From: Candidatus Hermodarchaeota archaeon
GTDB lineage: Archaea; Asgardarchaeota; Heimdallarchaeia; Hodarchaeales; Hodarchaeaceae
Assembly (NCBI GenBank): GCA_048886185.1
Contig: JBHLKY010000017.1
Span: 1 to 32,000, forward strand
DNA length: 32,000 nucleotides
Reading direction: 5' to 3'
The notes under the pieces were generated by a model, which was not told the origin of the DNA, ran no database searches, and saw only the letters and a list, made by a program, of their open reading frames with translations. This document shows, piece by piece, positions 1 to 7,454 of this stretch (positions within the stretch are counted from its first letter, which is position 1; each line of letters begins with the position of its first letter). Made by a program: the position numbers and the translations under genes.

Positions 1-209
1 CCAGTTCTTTCCATTTCATTGAGTGACCACAGTTTTTCAGTATTAGCTTCTAGCTTTGCTTGTACTTTAGCCCATTCAAGACTTTCATGACGGTTCATGT
101 TTTTCTCAAAACGGGCTTTCAATGTTCTGAGTAATTCTTCACGTTGTTCTGGTGACAACTCTTTTTTGAATGTAGTAATTGATGACTTGCGCATAATCAT
201 AGTATTCAT
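1..209 (-). CDS. DUF4256 family protein, N-terminal part (runs off the window start)
   Basis: Not in the ORF track. Manual translation from ATG at 209 gives MNTMIMRKSSITTFKKELSPEQREELLRTLKARFEKNMNRHESLEWAKVQAKLEANTEKLWSLNEMERT, matching the characteristic DUF4256 N-terminus (LKARFEKNMNRH..LEW..VQAKLEAN.EKLWSL.EMERTGGEP). ATGs at 200 and 194 are alternative in-frame starts. Confidence 0.85.
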   Translation of the reverse strand, partial: MNTMIMRKSSITTFKKELSPEQREELLRTLKARFEKNMNRHESLEWAKVQAKLEANTEKLWSLNEMERT

Positions 210-237
210 CCTGAGTTTTTAAAATTATCTATGCAGG

Positions 238-357
238 GTGAAATTTACTTTACAAGTCACTATTCCAAAAGTAGAAGAAGGAATAAGCTGGAAAGTGCCA
301 ATCTACAAATATCACGGTATTCTTGCTAGATTTAGCAAGAGATTCACAGAGATCTAA
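238..357 (+). pseudogene. Probable DUF1801 (YdhG-like) remnant
   Basis: Manual translation from GTG 238: MKFTLQVTIPKVEEGISWKVPIYKYHGILARFSKRFTEI*. IPKVEEGISWKVPIYKYHGIL resembles the DUF1801 core (P.aeE.isw..P.y...g.l), but both flanking parts of the domain are missing. Confidence 0.45.
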
Positions 358-691
358 AAATTTTTTTCATTATTTTGAAAAATATGATGTTAGGATTTTT
401 AATTTAATGAAAAAGTATGAATTATCAAAAATTCGGGGAAAATTATCAATATTTTGACTAACATAAATAACTAATGAAGTTAGTATTTAATAGATTTATC
501 ACAATTTTTGAAAACCCACAAATTCAAAGAAGTGAGTCAAGAAACGACTTATAATTATCAAATTTGGTGACTATCTGCCTCAGAAAGCTATTATTAAAGC
601 TTTTTTTCACGCCTGAGGCAGATAATTTTGTTATCAATGATTTATCAATTTATTGATGAACAGGTTCCTTTAACAATTAGTATAGGTTATT

Positions 692-1393
692 TCAGTCATT
701 AGGGGGTGCAAAAAAGTCCGCTAGTACGAATACAGACCCATGACCAGGATATACAAGATTGATTTCATAACCTTTTAATTTCTCAATACTAGCGTTTAAA
801 TCTTCTTTTCTATCAACCAAGGAAGACCTCCCCGGCTTTTTAAGATTCATAAATAAATCACCACAAAACAGAGCTCCATCAGCTGTTAAAATACCAATGG
901 AACCCTTAGAATGACCTGGAAGATGAAGGACAGAAGCGTTGAAACCATAGGAGGAAAGATCATCACCATGAGCTAATTTGACATCTGGAGTGAATTTTTC
1001 AAACTTACCAGTCCGATAAGCGATTAAAATAATTTTAAGAATAACACGTGTGAAAATATTTCTACCCTTCCTTTTCCAAAGCATATCTCCGCGTTCAACC
1101 GCTTCAACATCTTCAATATGCATAGCTATAGGACAATTGTACTTCTCCCGAATGAACACTGCATTCCCAGTATGATCAAAATCTTGATGAGTAAGGATAA
1201 GCAGTCGCAACGATCCAGACTCACATCCGGCCTCATTGAGCGCCTTTTCAAGGTCTTTTCGTTTTCTAGGAAAGCCCGTATCGATGAGAATAAATCCTTC
1301 ACTAGTTTTTATTAGGTAACAAGATACAAAGCCTAATTTAATGGGAATAATGGTGTTACCGATTAAGATCTCACTATTTTCTTCAGCTACCAA
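692..1393 (-). CDS. MBL-fold metallo-hydrolase (glyoxalase II-like)
   Basis: Motifs LIDTG, THQDFDH (HxHxDH variant), HLPGHSKGS, GDLF and YPGHG. Confidence 0.9.
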   Translation of the reverse strand: MVAEENSEILIGNTIIPIKLGFVSCYLIKTSEGFILIDTGFPRKRKDLEKALNEAGCESGSLRLLILTHQDFDHTGNAVFIREKYNCPIAMHIEDVEAVERGDMLWKRKGRNIFTRVILKIILIAYRTGKFEKFTPDVKLAHGDDLSSYGFNASVLHLPGHSKGSIGILTADGALFCGDLFMNLKKPGRSSLVDRKEDLNASIEKLKGYEINLVYPGHGSVFVLADFFAPPND

Positions 1394-1440
1394 GGCTTTT
1401 TATATCTCCTTAACTTGATTCAACCTAAATTTCAAGAAGT

Positions 1441-2082
1441 TCAATTATCTACCTCAAGCTTTTTCGTATATCTTTGAACATCATATACTAATCCACCGAA
1501 TATCATTAGGAGGATTGGTATAAACATAACGACAGCAAGAATTTCTAATGGTTTTATCAATACCACATCGTTAACACCAATTATTGTTAAACCAAGCATA
1601 GTAGAAGATATAAATACATAAGCAATTAAGGAAAAAGGAAATAGTTTAATGAGCTTTAGTTGTTGGTTTGATGAAAGATGGGCGTGCAACCAGTTTAATG
1701 GTTTATCAATCCTAGTAGCCAAAATACACGTTATTAGAGCTAGATCAATTACCCACCCTCCACCAACAAGCATCTGTGTGATAGAAAGACCCAGTAAGAT
1801 CAATGCTCCATTTTTCTCATGTACAAATCTCACTGACCATATAATCACCAAACAGCTAACGATAACAGCAAGTATTCCAGTTATCAACATATTTGGTATG
1901 ATGGTTACTGCAAAATAAGTAAAATCACCTGCCATACTATAATTCGGACCAATAGTACTGATTATAAACCCATTTGGGTGAATACTCCCTTGAAGGATCT
2001 CAAAACACCCAGCTATTATCCCAGTTAATCCACAAAGGATCCCAAATGCGGTAACTACTACTCTTGTTCCATCTGATGCCAT
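1441..2082 (-). CDS. Hypothetical integral membrane protein (about 5-6 TM)
   Basis: 213-aa ORF with repeated hydrophobic segments, co-oriented with and closely spaced to its neighbours. Confidence 0.75.
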   Translation of the reverse strand: MASDGTRVVVTAFGILCGLTGIIAGCFEILQGSIHPNGFIISTIGPNYSMAGDFTYFAVTIIPNMLITGILAVIVSCLVIIWSVRFVHEKNGALILLGLSITQMLVGGGWVIDLALITCILATRIDKPLNWLHAHLSSNQQLKLIKLFPFSLIAYVFISSTMLGLTIIGVNDVVLIKPLEILAVVMFIPILLMIFGGLVYDVQRYTKKLEVDN

Positions 2083-2146
2083 AAATTGCCCCCTTCAATG
2101 ATTTGTTTAAGTTCCATTTCTTGTTTCACTAAAGATAAACTCCTCG

Positions 2147-2647
2147 CTAGTTTGTGCTTATGATTGTTCCTATTTCTTCCGCCCAAGTTTGAATAAGTCC
2201 CCAGTCTCGATTATCGCCTAAATGACTAAACTGTCCAACATACCGTCCTCCTAATGCCCTTCTAGAGGTAGCTTGAAGATTGAATTTGTTAAGAGTATTA
2301 TCAATCCATTTCTTCTGAAGTTCTTCATACTTTTCGTAATCTTTCTTTTGAAATGCCTCTCCAGCACCACCAGATGACACAAATACAAACAATTTTTTCT
2401 CTGCAAGGATTTTTCTGTTCTTTTTGAGAAAATTCTTTCCTTCTTTTGCCCATCGAAATTTCGCTACGCTTACACCAAGAATTATATTCTCATAAGCAGA
2501 AATATCTGGATTCTTAGATTTTTTATCTTTCAGATTGATCAGATCAACCTCAATCTGAAATTTCTCATTTAATACTCGTATAATTTCTTTTGCTGTTTCT
2601 GTAGTTGCCCCCCACCGAGTTGCGTACACTAAAACTGTTTTATTCAC
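2147..2647 (-). CDS. Flavodoxin-domain protein (Flavodoxin_5 / HemG-like)
   Basis: N-terminal FMN-binding loop VLVYATRWGATTETAKEI, YENIILG, LFVFVS, C-terminal DNRDW..I..WAEEI. GGTGAG RBS upstream of the GTG start. Confidence 0.85.
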   Translation of the reverse strand: MNKTVLVYATRWGATTETAKEIIRVLNEKFQIEVDLINLKDKKSKNPDISAYENIILGVSVAKFRWAKEGKNFLKKNRKILAEKKLFVFVSSGGAGEAFQKKDYEKYEELQKKWIDNTLNKFNLQATSRRALGGRYVGQFSHLGDNRDWGLIQTWAEEIGTIISTN

Positions 2648-2674
2648 GATCTCTCACCGATATCTCCATCTTTC

Positions 2675-3160
2675 CTAAATTAACGTTGAGAGGAACAAAA
2701 AACTACCTAATAGAAGCGAACCCCCCTCAGCTATAATGACTCCCATTTTTGTCCTCATCAAGCCAAGACCTACTTTCGGTGACTCACCAAATGGGTGAAG
2801 AAGCTTTCCAGTATCATTTGGAAAAGCGTATGTCATTGGGGATACAATAAAATCTATTATCCAGTGACTGAAAACAGTAAACCCAATAATTATACCAGTC
2901 AAAATGTCTTGAATAATTAAGGCAACAATCATCGCCGCAAGTATTGACCAAATTAGAGCCATGAAAAGGCTGTGAGACCAAGGAGTTTCACTCACACGAT
3001 CATTCCGTGGGAGTTCTTCAAGACCTGCAAACATGAAAATTAAAAAGATGAGATCCAGAAGATATGCACAGACTACTAGAAGAATTACTGGGATTTCAGG
3101 AGCAATTAGTTTGAATGCCAATCCGACACCTAAATGTGCTATTCCAGCCATATACGACAA
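2675..3160 (-). CDS. Membrane-bound metal-dependent hydrolase (YdjM/DUF457-like)
   Basis: Conserved pattern H..(AH), LLD, PWSHSL, SHW..D set within hydrophobic helices. The true start may be the ATG of MAGIAH. Confidence 0.7.
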   Translation of the reverse strand: MSYMAGIAHLGVGLAFKLIAPEIPVILLVVCAYLLDLIFLIFMFAGLEELPRNDRVSETPWSHSLFMALIWSILAAMIVALIIQDILTGIIIGFTVFSHWIIDFIVSPMTYAFPNDTGKLLHPFGESPKVGLGLMRTKMGVIIAEGGSLLLGSFLFLSTLI

Positions 3161-3168
3161 CTACCTTT

Positions 3169-3891
3169 TTATACCTTAATAACGATTGTTTCTGCTAAAA
3201 TATCTAATCCTCTCTGATTTCTCGCCTTTACTGGATCCATCCTTTCCAAAATCATCCCAAGTATTACATCAAGGGGTAAAAGCTCCTCTGATACATATAG
3301 TTTAGATAAATTTCGAATTATGGCTTGTTTCCAACTGATTCTAACACCATCCTGATCAACAACCATTAAATTCAGAAGTCGTTTTCCGATTGTGGCACCA
3401 AAGTAATACTCAAAAGCAGCATTATATCCTAACCAAACAATAAAGGCAATGATGAGTAGTATAGTGATAAAAATTATCATCAGAAGTACTTGAGTAGAAA
3501 CAGTAATCGTGCCCTGTTCCCACTTCGAGAACTCACCAACAAGTTCGTCAAAAGGAATGATCGTAAATACTAGAACTAAAAATCCAATGCCAAGCAAACA
3601 AAGAATTAAACCGATTTCGATAATCAGGTCAAGAAACCAAGCAAACAAGCGAGTACGCCATCTAGCACGTTCATCATGCCAATCATGACTCTGACTCAAA
3701 TTAATTGCAACATCTCGAGGATTACCGAACACCATGGACGGTGTTTCCCCCTGTGAGTCCTTCATTGCTGCTTGAACATCTATTCGTAACTCTTCTAATG
3801 CCTCAAACTTCTTTGATTTCGGATAAGGTAAGAAACCATTCACTTCATTAATATATTGGTCAATTTGGTTCAAATCTTCATACTTTCCCAT
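3169..3891 (-). CDS. HAAS-like helical domain fused to an RDD-family membrane domain
   Basis: N-terminus IDQYINEVNGFL...ALEELRIDVQ...FGNPRDVA fits the HAAS/DUF1700 pattern. C-terminus RLFAWFLDL, GATIGKRLLNLMVV, AIIRN, QRGLDILAETIVIK fits RDD. Confidence 0.8.
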   Translation of the reverse strand: MGKYEDLNQIDQYINEVNGFLPYPKSKKFEALEELRIDVQAAMKDSQGETPSMVFGNPRDVAINLSQSHDWHDERARWRTRLFAWFLDLIIEIGLILCLLGIGFLVLVFTIIPFDELVGEFSKWEQGTITVSTQVLLMIIFITILLIIAFIVWLGYNAAFEYYFGATIGKRLLNLMVVDQDGVRISWKQAIIRNLSKLYVSEELLPLDVILGMILERMDPVKARNQRGLDILAETIVIKV

Positions 3892-3897
3892 TTTTTT

Positions 3898-4248
3898 TCA
3901 CAATTCTCCAGGAGTATCAATCATTTCTTGAACTATTTGAGTAAACTCCGTCATTGATTGCAAAAGAGGAATCAGGAATTCCCTACCCTTTTCAGTGAGA
4001 GAGTACATCCTTTTCTTTGTTTGCTTATCCTTCTGACTACTAATCAAGCCACCATCTTCAAGGGTTTTTAGAATAGGATAGATATTAGACCCCGCAATGG
4101 CAATCTGACCTTTAGTTCGACCAATGATCGTTTTGGTTACTTGATAAGGGTAGTTCGGTTTTTCAGCGAGGGTGAGGAGAATAAACGGTTTGGAAAATCC
4201 CTTTTTGAATTCCGTTTCCCATTTTTGAAGTTCTATCTCAAACGTCAT
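3898..4248 (-). CDS. PadR-family wHTH transcriptional regulator
   Basis: ILLTLAEKPNYPYQV..I, GSNIYPILKTLEDGGLI, KRMYSLTEKGREFL. Confidence 0.92.
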   Translation of the reverse strand: MTFEIELQKWETEFKKGFSKPFILLTLAEKPNYPYQVTKTIIGRTKGQIAIAGSNIYPILKTLEDGGLISSQKDKQTKKRMYSLTEKGREFLIPLLQSMTEFTQIVQEMIDTPGEL

Positions 4249-4260
4249 GATTTCAACTCG

Positions 4261-4289
4261 TATATAGATAAATACTATAAATCTATATA
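4261..4289. promoter_or_regulatory. Inverted repeat TATATAGAT-N11-ATCTATATA upstream of padR; candidate autoregulatory operator
   Basis: Perfect 9-bp inverted repeat (4261-4269 / 4281-4289), 13-41 bp upstream of the PadR start. It is AT-rich, so chance occurrence is possible. Confidence 0.4.
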
Positions 4290-4397
4290 TAGTTTGTGAT
4301 AATGGTATTATACTATAAATAGAGTGAATTTTAAGTACTTATCCTCAGAAATAACTAAAAGAAGTGCGTCCTGGGCTGAAAATTCATTAATTAGCTA

Positions 4398-5222
4398 CTA
4401 TAATTTCAGGCTCATCTTGAAAAGTCTGTGGTGAAGTTTATAAGCCCGTTCTTCGCATAATTTGGCCACTTTAGGATAATCAGTGAATGTTATGCGAGTA
4501 TAATCAAACTCCGGCAAACTAAACGGTTTCATTCCAACCAAGAAATCATCGAAAGAATCCACATAATCAAGCACAAATGGAAAACAACCAGGAAAACTAG
4601 GAGTAAATCTACAAGCTCCCACAATATCTTTATTGCTATCCTTAAGAGTCAGAACATAAAAATCATCATAAGTTAAAAACCGCCTTATCTGGGCAGCAGG
4701 GAGGGTATCATTATACTTCTCCCCAACAGGATCAATTTCATTCTCAAGAATCTTTTGGCAAGTATACATATTGAGAGGGTTCAAAGAGGCAAAAGGAACG
4801 AAATAGTGCCAAGTAGTTCCTGTGATAGAAAAACCAAATTTTCGGTAGAGATTTTGTGCTATTTTGTTGTGATCTTGGGTATAAAGATGAATTTGCTTGA
4901 TTATTTTCTGTTTCCGAAACCACTCAATTCCATACATCATTAAGAGATTACCGTAACCCTTACCCTGATGATTTCGACTCACACCTATCCGTCCGAAATG
5001 TCCTTCATTTTCCCCAAAAAGAGCCACAATTAGCTGTCCGACGATTTGGTTATTATATTCTAATGCAAAAATTCCATCACGTTCAACTCGTTTTTTAAAC
5101 CAATCTTCAGCTATTGAGTCTTCAGGAAAAATGTCTATATCGAATTGATGAAAATTATTCCAATCTTCACTAGTCATAGGCCGAATTATAGGTTCATTAC
5201 TCAATATTTCTAGCTCCTTCAT
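4398..5222 (-). CDS. GNAT N-acetyltransferase (RimI-like N-terminal domain plus C-terminal extension)
   Basis: RIGVSRNHQGKGYGNLLM (acetyl-CoA motif A) and N..AQNLYRKFGF (motif B), followed by about 130 extra aa. Confidence 0.88.
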   Translation of the reverse strand: MKELEILSNEPIIRPMTSEDWNNFHQFDIDIFPEDSIAEDWFKKRVERDGIFALEYNNQIVGQLIVALFGENEGHFGRIGVSRNHQGKGYGNLLMMYGIEWFRKQKIIKQIHLYTQDHNKIAQNLYRKFGFSITGTTWHYFVPFASLNPLNMYTCQKILENEIDPVGEKYNDTLPAAQIRRFLTYDDFYVLTLKDSNKDIVGACRFTPSFPGCFPFVLDYVDSFDDFLVGMKPFSLPEFDYTRITFTDYPKVAKLCEERAYKLHHRLFKMSLKL

Positions 5223-5269
5223 CTTACTCAGTTTTCATTCTTGTTGAAGCTTTCCTTATAGAAGGGAGT

Positions 5270-5839
5270 TCAGTCATTATGTTTTGTTTTTTTGTTTCTT
5301 ACTTCTTCAATAATTTTTTCAGCCTCATTATCAAGAGAACTCGGAGTCCCTTCTTGAACATCTCGTATGATTTGATTGATTTCATCGTCAGAATCAAGGC
5401 CCATTAATAATGCATCATCTGCAGAAGGTGCATATTTCTTAAATCGTTTCAACAGGATTTTCCGATTGGATTCAGAACGTGATTTTCTTAAATCAAGTAC
5501 TTGTTTAGTAATAAGATAAAAATCTTCTGTCAGAGTGTTTTCCTCTGGTATTCGCCGTGCTAGAACCTGAATTTTCTTTAGAAAATCGAGTTGAACATCA
5601 TACTCTAATGTTTTTGTCAATTGATGTCTTCCCTCCTCTACCGCTTGTTTACTGCCTTTGAAATCTAGTTTTGAAAGCTTTTCATCATATTCTACTAAGT
5701 AATCCTGCTCTGCTAGCTTTGAATCTTCATACTTCTGTTTAATTACAGAAATTAAGCGTTCTAATCTCTCCTGAAATTCTCCCAAAGTGATAACTTCTTC
5801 TTGACCACTAATTTTTCGGAATAACTTGTCAAAGGGCAT
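5270..5839 (-). CDS. Hypothetical all-helical/coiled-coil protein (possible divergent ESCRT-III/PspA-like fold)
   Basis: 189 charged helical aa with an amphipathic N-terminus MPFDKLFRKISG and an acidic C-terminal helix LDSDDEINQIIRDV. GGTGAG RBS present. The CDS is well supported; the fold is speculative. Confidence 0.75.
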   Translation of the reverse strand: MPFDKLFRKISGQEEVITLGEFQERLERLISVIKQKYEDSKLAEQDYLVEYDEKLSKLDFKGSKQAVEEGRHQLTKTLEYDVQLDFLKKIQVLARRIPEENTLTEDFYLITKQVLDLRKSRSESNRKILLKRFKKYAPSADDALLMGLDSDDEINQIIRDVQEGTPSSLDNEAEKIIEEVRNKKTKHND

Positions 5840-5886
5840 TACTAACTCACCACATATTTCTAGAGAATATCCTTACAGAATATTTT

Positions 5887-6777
5887 TCATTTTTGGAGCA
5901 TCTTTGAACTTCTGGAAAAATGTCCGAATTTATTTGCCCAAAAACTTTCATCCTGAACACCGATAACACATTTTTTTAGAGTGAGTTTTAAGAATTCTTC
6001 CTTAGGATATGCTAAGTCATGAAAATCAATTGAATTTGTATCCAAATCTAAAATCGCAAATGATGAATTACCACTACCATCACGAGGTTGTCCCACGGAA
6101 CCAGGATTTAAAATAATTCTGCTGCTTTTGAAGGAAATCGTATGAGGAAAATCTATAGGATTTTTCTCGAGAATATCACCAATCAGTGACCATGAAACAG
6201 AATTGTCAAGCTGGAGTAAAAAGCGTTGATGTGTATGGCCAATGATAATTATGTCACTGTACTTTGCCCCCTTTACCTTTTCAATCCGCCTTTTTATAAT
6301 TTCTAATTCTTGAAGTGGTGGAGGTAAAAGATATCTACCAAAATTCTCACTTTTCCTAACAGATGGTGTACCATGGGTCAAATAGATTTTTTTTTGACCA
6401 ATCTGGAAAAGCAGTTTAAATTGAAGGTTCTCAAGGAATTTACTCTCTTCTTGATGTAATTTACGAGCATTTAACTCTAACATCTCTGCAGCAGCCTTAC
6501 GAAATCTGAAAGTTTTCAGGATATTGAAATCGGTCTTATTCTGTTGTGAATGAACTCGATTATAACTATCACGAACCCCCAAATCATGATTGCCTAAACA
6601 TAGATAATTCGGTAATGGAAAATCTTTGAATATCTTAATACACTCCTGAGGTTGAGGACCATAACCCACGAAGTCCCCTGCACAAATTAGTGCATCAATC
6701 TTATCCTCTAAATACTCAAGTACTGTTTGTAACGCAAACTTGTTGGAATGAATATCTGCAATAACTCCAAGCTTCAT
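5887..6777 (-). CDS. Calcineurin-like metallophosphoesterase (YfcE/MPP family)
   Basis: ADIHSN, GDFVGYGP, GNHD, THG, GHTH, NPGSVGQPRDG. Confidence 0.92.
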   Translation of the reverse strand: MKLGVIADIHSNKFALQTVLEYLEDKIDALICAGDFVGYGPQPQECIKIFKDFPLPNYLCLGNHDLGVRDSYNRVHSQQNKTDFNILKTFRFRKAAAEMLELNARKLHQEESKFLENLQFKLLFQIGQKKIYLTHGTPSVRKSENFGRYLLPPPLQELEIIKRRIEKVKGAKYSDIIIIGHTHQRFLLQLDNSVSWSLIGDILEKNPIDFPHTISFKSSRIILNPGSVGQPRDGSGNSSFAILDLDTNSIDFHDLAYPKEEFLKLTLKKCVIGVQDESFWANKFGHFSRSSKMLQK

Positions 6778-6971
6778 TTATGGCATAATCTCCAAAGTAG
6801 AATGTAATAAATCCTAATTCGGTTTTTGATTTCTCATTAAAGCTGTAATATCTTTTCTCAGCCAACTTGTGGAAAACTTGATACATATTAACTTTGTGAT
6901 AAAGTTTTTTAATTATGTACAATATCAACTGAATTAAGATCACAAGATGATGAAACAGATGGTAAAAGACG

Positions 6972-7166
6972 ATGGTTGAATCAGAATTTGATTATAAGAA
7001 TAAAACCTGCGGAGATTGTGCGTATCTAACTGACAAAGCATCTATTAAATATGCAGATTTGACAGAAAAGGAATCAGGTCTTTGTCGGCTTTTAATATTA
7101 CATAATAATTTCGCCATAATGCTTCGGGATGAAAGAGCATGCCCAGATTATATCCCACGAGATTGA
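6972..7166 (+). CDS. Small Cys-rich putative metal-binding protein
   Basis: 64 aa with CGDC, LC and ACPDY (4 Cys). Lies in an intergenic position, divergent from the phosphoesterase. Confidence 0.6.
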   Translation: MVESEFDYKNKTCGDCAYLTDKASIKYADLTEKESGLCRLLILHNNFAIMLRDERACPDYIPRD

Positions 7167-7454
7167 ATTCTTAACATTTTCTTTTTATTAAAAAAAGTAT
7201 TTCAGATTAATCTTAAATACTTCTTAAATCTGTATACTATTCATAATAACTGATTTTTTTTAAAAATTTAGTAAAATAAAATAAGTTAATTACGGAAATA
7301 GAATCCGAAAATTTATTTTAGTACTATTTTATAAAATCCTAATTCAGAATATGTTATAAATTGACACTAATCCACATCTGTCTGAAAAGAGGGACTTAAA
7401 ATCCTTTATAGAGTAAAAAAAGATAGAGTTGGCCTCTGTACCCTCATCATATTA

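Noticed and set aside
5887-6777. Calling the metallophosphoesterase Vps29
   Set aside because: It has an intact catalytic GNHD and PGSVGQPRDG typical of ordinary prokaryotic MPPs, and no retromer-specific evidence.
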